This document shows, in pieces, positions 13,138 through 25,257 of a stretch of 64,000 nt of DNA. Location of the stretch: NCBI RefSeq assembly GCF_006345805.1, contig NC_042999.1, forward strand, positions 101,246,001-101,310,000, in the 5' to 3' direction. Source of the DNA: Octopus sinensis (taxonomy: Eukaryota). The notes beneath the pieces are model-generated. The model worked only from the letters and a program-made list of their open reading frames with translations. It was not told the origin of the DNA and made no database searches. The number at the start of each line of letters is the position of its first letter. Position 1 is the first letter of the stretch. Made by a program: the position numbers and the translations under genes.

Positions 13138-14131
13138 CACAGTATTTTAAATTATTAATGATGTAACATATGTTTATTTTATTTAAAAAGTACTCGGAAT
13201 TCAATGAAATTTCCATAGAATGAGGATGACAGCTATATGCATGTGGTGTGAAAAAGTGAAGTTTTACACAAGTGTAAATAAACGACAGCCATTTGCATGA
13301 TTTCCACAAACTTTCAGTGTTCCAAATTATTATTGAGTTATCTGATAATCGTGTAATTATGAGTTGGAAATGTGACTTAACTGTTTCAGAGAAATCTGTT
13401 ATTACTTCTGAACTTGCAAAAGGCAAATCAACATTAGAAATATCTAAAATAATTTGAAGATATCACCAAACTGTGAAAAAATTTGTTACAACTTCTATGA
13501 AGATACATAAGAGAGCTGACAAGGTTCAGTCAAGGGTTGTTTCTCATTGTTCTCTGCCAAAAATTAAGCATGAAGCTGTAAAGAAGCCAGGTCTAATAAG
13601 TGGAGAACTTCTCAAGCACAATGACAAAACAGCTGTGTCCAGAACTACCTGATGTTATCTTCTGAAAAAGGTTAGTAAACCAGTGATATCAGTTAAAAGG
13701 CCTCCTTTATACAAAATACACAGACAAAATTGTCTGAAATGGGCAGAAGAGTACATGAAGGTCAATTTTTCAAAAGTTTTACTTATGGACAAAACTTATG
13801 CTACCCTTGATGGACTTGATAGTTGGAGCAAGGGATGGATTGTAAATGAACAAGATCATCATCAACACTTGAGACACCAGCAATGGGGAAGGAGACATCA
13901 TGACTTGGGCAGGTATTATTGGAGGCATTATGCTTGGTTCTTGGAAAGTGCCTGACAGTGTTAAAAAGACTGCAGATGCTTACATAGCCTTTACAAGGGA
14001 GCATCTTGAACCTTGGTTAAAACATCAAAGGACCACCTTCATGACAAGCGTAATATTCATGCAAGATTATGTGCCCTCACACTCAGCAAAGAAAACTACA
14101 GAGTATCTGCAACAATTAGGCTTCTGTGGAT
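13138..14131 (+). mobile_element. Tc1-like transposon, probably DD37E/TRT type, 3'-truncated
   Basis: ATG at 13359 starts MSWKCDLTVSEKSVITSELAKGKSTLEISKII*RYHQTVKKFV...KVLLMDKTYATLDGLDSWSKGW, then MTWAGIIG...VIFMQDYVPSHSAKKT. The LDGPDGW and DNAPSHAAK-type motifs fit TRT. The third catalytic residue and right TIR are missing. The left end after TA at 13136-13137 is tentative. Confidence 0.8.
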
Positions 14132-14255
14132 CTTTTATGCGTCCAGAGCTTACACCAGGTACATCTTATGGAGTTTCTACCTATACCATTTCTACTGATC
14201 AAGCAGCACTACCTACCTGAAGGGGCTTGTGATGAGTTTGCCTTTCTATTGCAGT
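14132..14255 (-). mobile_element. RTE-type LINE fragment (Cys/His finger region) truncating the Tc1-like element
   Basis: Matches window positions ~40720-40850 (CATCTTATGGAGTTTCTACCTATAC ... CTACCTGAA). Confidence 0.8.
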
Positions 14256-14488
14256 TGCCGTACCAGCACTCGTGCAGTACCTTACAACTTTACTTTGTTT
14301 TTATATATATATATAGTGTATTGTTCCATATTGGTAAGATCAACAAAAAAAGTACTTCATCTAGTTAGAAGATTGTGCTGAGAGACCAGACATGTTAAAA
14401 AATACTGTCTGGCAAGAAACTAATGGAACTCATAGTAGAACATGAAAACATATATTGTATTTATTAAATTATATATCTATATCTATAT

Positions 14489-14542
<54 letters not shown>

Positions 14543-17174
14543 GCACCCATGAACACATACATAAATAAATATGTATATGCATACATATAAACACACACGC
14601 AAGTAAACATATGTGCATGCATCAATACACACAGGCACACACACATATACATATATGATAATCTGAGGAACTGCTCAAAGCAAGAAACTCTAAGAAATGA
14701 TAGAGTGAGTCTCCTTCTCACATTACTCCTTCCTCTATCACTCATTGTTAACACTATTGCCTTCCATCTATTTTCATTACCTCACTTTTCTATCAATCTG
14801 TCTTTCTCTTATCACTCACTCTTCTGTCTGTCTGCCACTCTATTCAATTTTCAACCACCATTGCGACTGTCAATCATGCTGTCTCTCTATCATTACTCTC
14901 TCTTCTCACTCAAGCTCTCTTCCCACCCAATCTAGTGGTAAAGAAATCAATAAATGGCAGGAGACACTCAGGGAAGATGGGATTCTTTACAGTTTTGCTG
15001 GTGGAAAGCCAATTCTGGTGCTGGCAAATGAGAAAATGGACATGATTTAGGTTAGACAAGGCCAACTCTCTCAAATCTTGACAATCAGTCCAATCTATGC
15101 CATCATGGAAAAGTTAGCATAAAATGATGATTATTCTTAAATTTCAGTTTTCTAGAATATGGTAGAACTATAGATTTTTGAAAACCTACACTTCTCTCTT
15201 GCTAATAACCAGAGGAATTGAGTTTAAAGTTAAGGCTAAAAGAAGACGGTGCATTGTCAAGCATACTTATTTCATACCTGAACTAAGATGACAGCAATTT
15301 CTATTATGATTATGAAAGATGAGAATGATGAGTTTGAAACATTATGATAACAATGAAAATAACACAACTTTTTCTAAACAATGTAACATGAAGATTTGAA
15401 CTAAAAGAATTTTAACTAAGCAACTTAAGAATTTTATTAAAATGATTTCTAAGAAGCAACAATTTTACTGGAGAATGTAGCTTGGAAAGAAAATGTCTCA
15501 GCAAAGTGAGAAGCTTATGCAAATTGAATGCAGGTTATTATCCATATGATAGGAAACAATTTATACTTTAACATTAAGAGTAAAATAATGGCTTGCAGGA
15601 GGTAACAATCTTGAATGCATCTTTGTTTACTTTGGAGTCTTTTTCATGCTTTTTTTAAAGAAAACAAAAAAATACTATTTTCCTTACTTTTATCCTTTTT
15701 CATTCAAATCATGCTCATTTTGAGCTTAAACTTTTCTTTTTCTCTTTTGTTTTCTTAATATGGATTTTTCCATTAACTAAATATCTCCCATATCGCTTGC
15801 GCAAATGTACATGTACTAACCTAAATACTATTATACGTATGCATATGTGTGCGCACACACACATCTCCAGAGAGGAGGGAAAAGATGGAGGAAGACAAAC
15901 TGACAGACTTTGAGAGACATATGCACATGTAAACACCAAACTATGCATATACATTATATACCAATGCATAAATGAATGCAGAAGTGTACAAATATACATA
16001 TGCATGCACATTTGTATGAAGAAGACACATGCATTCACACATTAGAACATACATACGGTCCTATATGCAACTATATATAAACAGAAGAGAAAGAAATGAT
16101 TCATTGACTTCACACTTGTCAGTTTTCTCTTTTATCAATTTTCTTTTACCTCAACATTCCTTTTACCAACATCACACCCACACACACACACACATACCAT
16201 ATACAAATACATACCATACACAAACACACATTCACACACATATGCACATTTATCTGTTTCTTTACCACCTTCATCTAACAACTATTTCCTACAAATTTAT
16301 TTCTCTCCAGCATGTTTTTTTATTGTTGTTGTAAATTCTAATCAGAACTACTGTTGCTATTCCAATTAATGTTCAATGGTTGAAAAAAAAAAGAAGAAAA
16401 AAGTAAACATTAAAACCAATGATCAATTGTGTAAAAACACAAGTTTTTTGTTATTAATAACTGTAAAAAGGAACCATAATTTCCAGGATTTAGCAAAGTA
16501 CTAGAATTATTGAAGTCAGAGATTATTTGAAATTAAGAATGTCTTTTTTCTTTTTTTATTTCTTTTTTGTTCCTTTTAACACTTTCTGTGCAGAAAGTAA
16601 CATATATAGAGATATTAATAAACATATACACTTAATCCTTATTATAAATGCATGTACACACATAAACACACACACACACACAAGATATATGTACACATGT
16701 GCACACAATCATGCAAATGCATACACAAACATATAAATATAAAGAAATATTTAAAGCTAAACCTAATGTTTCTACAAAAACATGTGCAAATATAGAGAAA
16801 GTATTAGGACTAAATAAGATCAAATCATGTTCAGAATCAATATGTAAACCTTGATGGAAAAAAAATACTAAAAAGCAACAGAGGAGGAAAGACAGATGAG
16901 ATGCCTATTTACAAAAAATAAAACAAGTCTTCATAAATGGAAATGATTTTAATTTAACAGGGACAGAAACAACTACTTAGGTATCAAATGAACCATAATT
17001 AAGAGGTAATTTTCTTTCAAAGAAAGTTTAATGGGCAGACTTATGGAAATACAGTGTGATTATAAAGTTCACTTAACAATCACATGGTTTTGCATTCCAA
17101 TCCACTGTACAGTATCTAGCAAGTGGAATTTAGTAGGTGCAGAAACCTGACATATAAATATAAATATATATATA

Positions 17175-18425
17175 TTGGGTCATCATATAAAAAATGCAGG
17201 TTTTTTATACTTCTTTTATTTTTCAAAATTAAGATAAACAAATTTCTTTTTTAATCGAAAATATACTCTCCTTCATTTTCTACAATGCTCTTCCATCTAT
17301 CTGGTAGATTTGCAAGGCCCCTCTTTCAAAATTTACTTGTCTGTGACAAAAAATACTCCTCCAGTACTGTTCTAACCTTGTCAACAGAATTCATATTTTT
17401 TTCTGATCAAATGATTTTGAAGACTGCAGAATAAATGATAATCAGATGGAGCAATGTCCTGCAAATTTGGTGGGTGGGGCATTGTTTCCCATTCAAATTG
17501 CTACAGCCTTTGGAATGTAATCATTGTTCTATGTAGCCAAGCATTATCCTGATGGAAGAGCACTGTTTGTCTTGAAACAAAGATGGTCATTTTTCTTCTA
17601 GTGCTGACTTAAGCTGTTGAAGCTGCTCACAGTAGATCTCCTTTGTTATTTGGTTTGCGTTTAAAAGTTCAAAGTAGACTAAACCTTTCATATCCTACCA
17701 AACAGATAACACTTTATGTTGGTGAAAACCTTCTTTAGCCTAGGGTGCCGGTGTGTCTCCTTTCCCTACTCACTGTCTTTGATGCTTGACATTTTTATAG
17801 AGAACCCATTTCTTGCCACCAATCATTATTTGGTCCAAAAAAGGTTTATTCATGAGATGTGACAGCAAAGAAGAGCACACATTCACTCTCTGTGTGCAAT
17901 TAGACTCAGAAGGTTTCTGAGGAAACCACTGACCCAATTTGCTGATTTTCCAATGGCACGCAGGTGTCAGTGAATGGTTGAATGACCAACTCCAAGCAGC
18001 TCTGCTAGTTCCTCAATAGTTATGATCTGATTTTGCTTCACCAGAGTTTGCAGGACATCCTTGTTGAGCTCAACAGATCTTCCAGGATGAGGCTTGTCTC
18101 CTAGGCTATAGTTTCCGGCTTGGAATTTCTGGAACCACCATGGACACTTACGCTTATTGTCTGATCCCCATATACTGCATTAATATTCCTCGCACCTTCC
18201 ATTGCATTGTTGCCTTTATAGAACTCATAAAGCAAAATATGTCAAATATGCTCCTTTGTCACTTCCAGTATAGCTGGAACTGCACTCTTCAAAACTTGCA
18301 CTAAGAATAAGATTAATAATTAGTACCTGCTTTTATACCAAGTTGATGCAGGTAGTTTATCCTGTCCCCCTCTGGTTTTTGGTTCATGCAATTGAAGAAA
18401 ACTCATTATTCATGGGATGGCCCAA
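17175..18425 (-). mobile_element. mariner (DD34D) element, 1251 bp, decayed
   Basis: TA-flanked. TIRs TTGGGTCATCATATAAAAAATGC / CTCATTATTCATGGGATGGCCCAA. Minus-strand remnants EVTKEHI*HILLYEFYKGNN and HQDNA...HPPNLQDIAPSDYHLF. Many stops and frameshifts, so absent from the ORF track. Confidence 0.9.
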
Positions 18426-18451
18426 TACATATATATATATATATATATATA

Positions 18452-19690
18452 TTGGGTTGGCAAGAAAGTAATTTCGTTTTGCACAGTTATCTTTTTTTTT
18501 AATGACTTTTGTCAATGTTATGATTTTTTTCTTTTTGACATTTGATCGTTGTTACTTTTAGCTTACTTTAGAAGCAAATTGCGCATAATTTTGTTTACAG
18601 CTGTTAGTTCAGTGGCAATTTTAACATGGAGTCCAAAAACAAACATTTTCATCATATTTTGCTCTTTTATCTCCATAAAGGCAAGAAAGTTGCTGAGGCT
18701 CACAAGGAGATAAGTGAAATCTATGGTGTTGATTGCTTAACAGAATGCATATGTCAGAAATGGCTTAAAAAATTCCACTCTGGAGATTTTTCACTCAAAG
18801 ATGAACAACATTCTGATCGACCTACTGAAGTTGATGGTGATCAAATCAAAACCATAATTGAATCTGATTGCCAGAGAGGTTAAATGTATCACACACAACA
18901 ATTGAAAGTCACTTAAAGTGTCTTGAACTCGTTAGGAAGCTCAATATTTGGGTTCCACATAAATTGAAAGAAACTCATTTAACACAACAAATCAATATTT
19001 GTGATATGCATCAACCATTTTTTTAAACGAATCATCACTGGTGATGAAAAATGTATTGTCTACAATAACATCAATCAAAAATGATCATAGTCCAAGCATA
19101 ATGAACCAGCACAAACCACATCGAAAGCTGAATTGCATCAAAGAAAGGTCATGCTGTTAGTTTGGTGGAATTACAAAGGTGTTGTGTATTTTGAGCTGCT
19201 TCCAAGGAACCAAACGATCAATTCAGATGTTTACTGTCAAAAACTAATGGAACTGGAGGAAGGAATCAAAGAAAAACAGCCTGAATTGTCAAATCATAAA
19301 GGAATCATGTTCCACCATGACAACGCTAAATCACACATATCTTTGCTGACTTGTGAAAAATTATTGGAGCTTGGTTGGGAAGTAATGTCACATCCACCAT
19401 ACAGTCTTGACCTTGCACCATCAGATTACCATTTATTTAGAAGTTAGCAAAATTCTTTGAATGGAAAAACTTTCAATAATGATGATGACCTGAAATCAAA
19501 CTTGCTTCAGTTTTTGTTTGATAAGGACCAGAAGTTCTATGAGCACAGAATCATCAAGTTGCCAGAAAGATGGCAAAAGGTCATCAAACAAACTGGAAAT
19601 ATATATAATTGATAAAGTTCATTCTTTGTATGAGAAAAAATGGCTTTTATTTCACACTAAAAAACCGAAATTATTTTCTTGCCAACCCAA
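18452..19690 (+). mobile_element. mariner (DD34D, mellifera-subfamily-like), 1239 bp, decayed
   Basis: TA-flanked TIRs TTGGGTTGGCAAGAAAGTAATTTCG / CGAAATTATTTTCTTGCCAACCCAA. ORFs 18626-18883 (MESKNKHFHHILLFYLHKG) and 19133-19447 (HHDNAKSH...PYSLDLAPSDYHLF; D-34-D). Confidence 0.95.
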
Positions 19691-19874
19691 TATATATATA
19701 TATGTACACACATATACATACAGTGGGAATGTGTGCTCAACACTGCATTGGTGGATAAATATTCTTTATATGCAGATTAACAAGGCAATCATTGGTTTCA
19801 TGTGGAAGAGATCTCCACAGCTGTTCAAGCTCACCACTTAGGAGTCTTGATACTCATCTCCATTTTGGATAAGA

Positions 19875-19941
<67 letters not shown>

Positions 19942-20489
19942 GTCCCTTCTACTATTGCAATGGCCTGAACAATGTCTTGTGAGTGGATGCAGTAAACAGA
20001 AACAACAGAAACCATGTGCATGTTTATGAATGTGTGTAAACATTAATGTTTCCCTTCAAACCATTTGAGTAAAGTGGTGCTGATGTTGACTTTCTTTGAT
20101 GCTATTGCTTGTCACTTTCCAATTACAAAGACTGGTAGAATATGTAAATGCATTACCTGACAAATAGATGAGAGTTGATGGTTGGATGAGTATCCACCCA
20201 TACCAGCCTCAAATTCAATTCCCTTCCAAGTCATGATAGCATAGAAAAGCAAACATTAAAACGAAACAAATGGACAAATGAAATGAATGCTTGTGTGTTT
20301 GTGTGAATGTGTGTGTTTATGTTTAACAATATAGAAAAGCCAAAGGTGTATCAAAAATGAAAATAGAGAGATAAAATAAGCACAAGGCTGAAGTAGGTAC
20401 TGGGGTTAATGAAATCAAAACCCTTGAAGGTAGTACCCCATCATGGTTGCAGTTCAATGGTAGAAACCAGCAAAGGCTATATATCTTTT

Positions 20490-20713
20490 ATCTTTTACTT
20501 GATTCAGTCATTAGACTGCAACCATACTGAGGCATCACCTTGAAATTTTAGTCAAATGAATCAGCTCCAGTATTTCTTTTTGCTAAGTTGCTAAGTTACA
20601 GGGATGCAAACACACCAACACCAGTTGTCAAGCAGTGGGGGGGGGGACAGACACAGAGAAAAAGATACACACACACACATATACACACATATAAATATAT
20701 ATATGTATATATA

Positions 20714-20757
<44 letters not shown>

Positions 20758-20910
20758 CAGACTTCTTTCAATTTCCGTCTACCAAATCTGCTCACAAAGT
20801 TTTGGTTAGACTAAGGCTATTATAGAAAACACCTGCCCAAGGTGCCATGCAGTGGGATTGAACCTAGAACTACATGGTTGGGAAGCAAGCTTCTTACCAC
20901 ACAGCCATGT
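20490..20910 (-). mobile_element. SINE family B (tRNA-like head GGCTGTGTGGTAAGAAGCTTGC; internal microsatellite; TGACTGAA.CAAGTAAAAGA tail)
   Basis: Complete head, internal (TA/CA)n and tail on the minus strand. Resembles octopus tRNA-derived SINEs (from memory). Confidence 0.88.
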
Positions 20911-20957
20911 ATATATATTGTATATATATATAGATATAGATATATATATATATATAT

Positions 20958-21294
20958 TATATTAAATTAGAGATAAAACCACTATTAGGCAAACCATACA
21001 ATGAAAAACTTAAGCCAATACATAAGATTAATTAATTTATATTATTTAAATATATATCAAAATTATTAAGAAAGATAATTAATATAACACTACGATCATT
21101 TCATGGCTGTTCAATTCTTAAAATTTTTGAGTTACAGTCATTCTTCAGGTGGTTTAAATATATAACCATTTTCGGATCGTCAGTAGAGTATATCAAAAAA
21201 TATAATCTGCTGAGTCAAACGCCAACATCCACACGAGGCCGAAGAAAAGCGAATGGCACAGCCGATTATATCTGCGGTTATGTTCAAATATCCT

Positions 21295-21295
<1 letters not shown>
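20958..21295 (-). mobile_element. ~340-bp non-coding hammerhead-bearing repeat (Penelope pLTR/retrozyme-like) between (TA)n tracts
   Basis: Discrete, CpG-retaining block bounded by (TA)n on both sides, containing the hammerhead and a second CTGACGA/GAAA core. Repeat status is inferred, since only one copy is in the window. Confidence 0.55.
21082..21160 (-). ncRNA. Type I hammerhead ribozyme (minimal stem III), intact core
   Basis: Minus strand: CAC-CTGAAGA-ATGACTGT(23 nt)ACAGCCAT-GAAA-T-GATC-G-TA-GTG. Stem II 7/8 bp, GUA triplet, near-palindromic stem III AUGAUCGU, stem I 3 bp extendable with bulges. Confidence 0.8.
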
Positions 21296-21352
<57 letters not shown>

Positions 21353-21439
21353 TATGTATACATATACATATATTGGTTTCAAATTTTGGCACAATGCCAG
21401 CAATTTTGGTGAATGGGATAAGCTGATTATATATATACA

Positions 21440-22082
21440 GGTTTAACATCTGCCTTCCATGCTAGCATGGGTGTGGTTGCCAGTATGCAAGACAAAAGAA
21501 GAACAGTGATTGAAGTTGTAAAGTGATTGAAGTTTATTTACCGTTACTTTGTATATATCCAAAACCATGACAGGTTGGTATGTATAATTAGTAAATGGAA
21601 AAGCATGCGAGGTAAGAGTTAATTTCAGCTGATATGTGTGTACATGATTTCATAGTAATATGTAGAGAGAAATATGGTAATGCTACAGAGAAAGGAAAGT
21701 GAGTTAGTGAAAGTGAGAGAGTCCAAGGAAGCTGTCTTGCATAGTCACTGATTGTAACTTCCTTTTTCCCTCTGGCCGTTTGGTCTCTAGTGGCTGCCTG
21801 CTTGTGGCCATGACTCTAGTTGTCCGTTCACACTCACTGATGGTCACTCTCACTAACTGACTTTGGCTTACAGGAGTTCTTGTTTATATTGCTATCCAAA
21901 ACTAGCCAGAAGGATAGACATATTGTTGAGAACTGCACCAGGCCCCAATCTGATCTGGCAGTGTTTCTACAGCTGGATGCCCTTCCTAACACCAACCACA
22001 CCGAGAGTGTAGTGGGTGCTTTTTACATGCCACCGGCATAAGGGACTAGAGGAGCTGGCATCGACCACGATCGGATAGTGCT
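21440..22082 (-). mobile_element. RTE-tail-derived repeat interrupted by a ~450-bp unrelated insert (21472-21920)
   Basis: TTTAACATCTGCCTTCCATGCTAGCATGGG resumes as CTGCACCAGGCCCC...GGATGCCCTTCCTAACACCAACCAC, as in the uninterrupted copy at 46840-47070. Confidence 0.7.
21472..21920 (-). mobile_element. Candidate solo LTR
   Basis: TGT...ACA ends, ~450 bp, AATAAA on - at 21533-21538 about 60 nt from the 3' end, interrupts another repeat. No TSD found. Confidence 0.35.
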
Positions 22083-22953
22083 ATATATATATACACACAC
22101 ATACATATTGTATATATGTGTGTATGTGTAAAGATACTTGTTATGGGGCTTGTGTATCAAATGTGAAAGTACAATGGTGAAGAAGTAGAAACAGTAAAAG
22201 ATCAAATGCCTGGAAACACTTTAATTTATTCCTCAACATCCTTGGTTAAAATAATGGGTCAACTTTGTCTTTCATTTCTATGAAGTCAATAAAATAATTT
22301 GAAAAACATGTACATACTGGAGTCAATTAGATTATCTATAATCCTCCAGGAGATAAAACAAAACAATATATCAAAACTTTAATATTTATCATTCCATATA
22401 ACATATATTCCAATACATTTCAGCAGGTACAATAAATTATTAACCAAATACTCAATGTAACAAAATTTGTATTATACACCCACTCGGATTTCCTCTATAG
22501 AGTTAGAAAGAAATTTCAGCTATCACATTTACTTACATTGTAGAAATCATTAAATCACTCCACAATGGAATGCCTTCCATACATTTAGTGTAATACACCT
22601 ACTGCATTCATATTCATACAGAGAGAACCTCTTATCACACCTGACCACCTTACAAAAGGAAGGGTACACTGGATAATGTGGTCCAAAATAGTAACAGCTG
22701 AGATGCCTTTGATCATAAGCCACCTCACTCAGAGATGACTAGTGGCTAAACAAAATCAACAACAACAGAATATCCATTGCTTAAAATGCCATGCATTTAT
22801 ATGATGGTTGCACTTATATTTACTACTGCTTTTTAGCTAATGCCCAATCAGTAACCTTTATCATCCCTTTTGTACTTTAAACACAACCACAATAAAATCT
22901 GCAAAGCTAAGCAGAGCATTAAATAAAGCATCCTTAGATTTTGTAGACTTTGC

Positions 22954-22954
<1 letters not shown>

Positions 22955-23001
<47 letters not shown>
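22955..23001. repeat. (ATT)n microsatellite
   Basis: Direct reading. Confidence 0.97.
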
Positions 23002-23002
<1 letters not shown>

Positions 23003-23569
23003 TTTACTTTTGTATGATATGCATATGTCTCTTTTTTTCCAGTGTATATAGAGCATATTTTTTATCATTTCATTATAATATGTAAACCTCCACACTTTAT
23101 GTCTGTCTCTGTATTGTCCCCCTTATTCTTCGCCCTGGAGGCAAATAAATGAAATCATTATTATTATTGTTGTTGTTGTTGTGTTTTCTTCTTTCAGTTT
23201 TGTTTCCATTTCTTGCTAAGTGTCTTCCCAACAGCTAGGGCAAAGAAACTTACTGTATACATTGATAGACCATTAAAATGAACACACCAGATTGTTCATT
23301 TACAAAGTCAAATTATGTGATAGAAAAAAAGTAAAAAGAAAACAGAAAAAAGAGAAAAGAAAAAAGAAAAAATTCACAGCAATGACATTCACAACAACAA
23401 CACTCTTCTCAATACATGTGACATACCAGTTAAAACAATCTTTTGCACTTCTTCCATGGATGGTAAGCCAGAGGTCATTCTCAAATAATTTTCAATTCCT
23501 TTTGATCATTCCTACAATCACTGGTATTGTAACTGTCTTGAGATTATTATCATTATTACTATTATTAAG

Positions 23570-24002
23570 AAAGTGGCAAGCTGGCAGAATCATTAGCACA
23601 CCAGGCGAAATGCTTAATGGTATTTCGTCTGCCACTGTATTCTGAGTTCAAATTCCACAAAGGTTGACTTTGCCTTTCATTCTTTCAGTTGAGTACTGGA
23701 CTCAATATAATCAACTTACCCCTCCCCCAATTTTCAGGCCTTGTGCCTATAGTAAAAAGGATTATTATTATTATTACTATTATTATTATTATTATTATTA
23801 TTAAGGTGACAAGCTGGCAGAACCATTGGCATGCTGGGCAAAATGCTTAGTGGTATTTCAATCACCTTTACGTACTGTATTCAAATTCTGAGGTTGACTT
23901 AACCTGTCATCTTTTTGTGGTCAATAAATTTAGGAACCAATTGAGCACCAAATTATCCACTCCCCTGAAATTGTTACTCTTGAGCCAAAATTTGAAACCA
24001 TT
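23570..24002 (+). mobile_element. Two tandem SINE family A copies (23570-23765 and 23803-24002) joined by (ATT)n
   Basis: Each begins AAG.TG.CAAGCTGGCAGAA and ends GGCC..GTGCC/GAGCCAAAATTTGAAACC plus an (ATT)n tail. Confidence 0.85.
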
Positions 24003-24659
24003 ATTGTTGTTGTTGTTGTTGATGATGTTCGGCTGTTGCAGATTCCAATCATCGCAATAACAAATTAAAGTACCATCCAGTATCCAAAGTATCAGATGAT
24101 CAGTTTCAATTAGCTTTATTGCTACTACTGCTAAAATATAATCACAACACTTTTCTAAATAGAAGTTTACATTCACCATTAAATCTTCAGTCAACCAATA
24201 ATTCAATTTATTTTTCTGAACATTCTACCATGTAAATGATAGCACCAACTGTACATTACCAATAGATTTTCCTGGTTTAATAGCAATCATTTGTTCAGAG
24301 AGAGTTATTACACAATGAAGAAAGACTGTGAACAATTACTATAAATAAACAAACATGGTAGAACCAAGAGTCACTTCCTTATGCTTACCATTCTTCTTTT
24401 ATACTTTTAGTTGCTTTAATCATTATTGGATTGCAGTCATGCTAAGACAGAGCTTTTAAAGGTTTATTTAGTTATATTGAGCCCAATATTTATTTCAGTT
24501 TGGTAGTTATTTTATCAAACTCTGATTGTTGAATTGCTAAGTTATAGGACATAAACAATGCCAGTATAAACATTAACACATATATACATTTATATATTTA
24601 CATATTACATGCACACACACACAACACACCACACACACACATTTATATATACATAAAAG

Positions 24660-24777
24660 AAGGCATGGCTGTGTGGTAAGAAGTTTGCTTCCCAACCACA
24701 TGGTTCTAGGTTCAGTATCTTTACTGTGGCCAACCAAAGCTTTGTGAAGGGATTTAGTAAACGGAAACTGAAAGAAG

Positions 24778-24838
<61 letters not shown>

Positions 24839-25040
24839 AAATGTGTGTGTGCTTGAGTGTGTGTATGTTTGCACCCTGCTATTCTTGACATTACATAATA
24901 GTTGTAAAATGGTTGTCACTGTCATACAAGCAGTGCCATTCATTTCCAATATTCTGAGAGATCATGTCTCAATAAATTCCATTCAACCCATGCAAGCATG
25001 GAACTTTGGATGTTAAAATGATGATGATGATGATGACGAT
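24660..25040 (+). mobile_element. SINE with family B head but RTE-type 3' tail
   Basis: GGCTGTGTGGTAAGAAGTTTGC head, (GT)n, then CAACCCATGCAAGCATGGAACTTTGGATGTTAAAATGATGATG. Same architecture at ~5481-5955(+) and ~30390-30740(-). Confidence 0.8.
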
Positions 25041-25177
25041 GACAAAGACAACAATGATGATAATATTTTGTTATTATCATTAATAAAATACAAGCCAGTT
25101 TACTAACCAGTTTCATACAGAGGAGCCCCAACAATTTGAAAGTGTTACCTTTCAGACTCCAGTGACATGCCTTACTA

Positions 25178-25257
25178 TTCCTTTCAGCCTTTTCTGATGA
25201 TTGTCAGGGTTATCTCAATCATTGTATGAAACTGATAGGTAAAGTGGCTGACAGGAG
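25178..25257 (+). ncRNA. Type I hammerhead ribozyme, intact core, decayed stem II
   Basis: TTCCTTTCAGCCTTTT-CTGATGA-(27 nt)-GAAA-CT-GATA-GG-TA-AAGTGGCTGACAGGAG. Stem I pairs at 14 of 16 positions. Confidence 0.8.

Noticed and set aside
14663-14712. CTGAGGA...GAAAC with a 6-bp stem III
   Set aside because: Triplet would be GUG, stem II is not closed, and there is no stem I.
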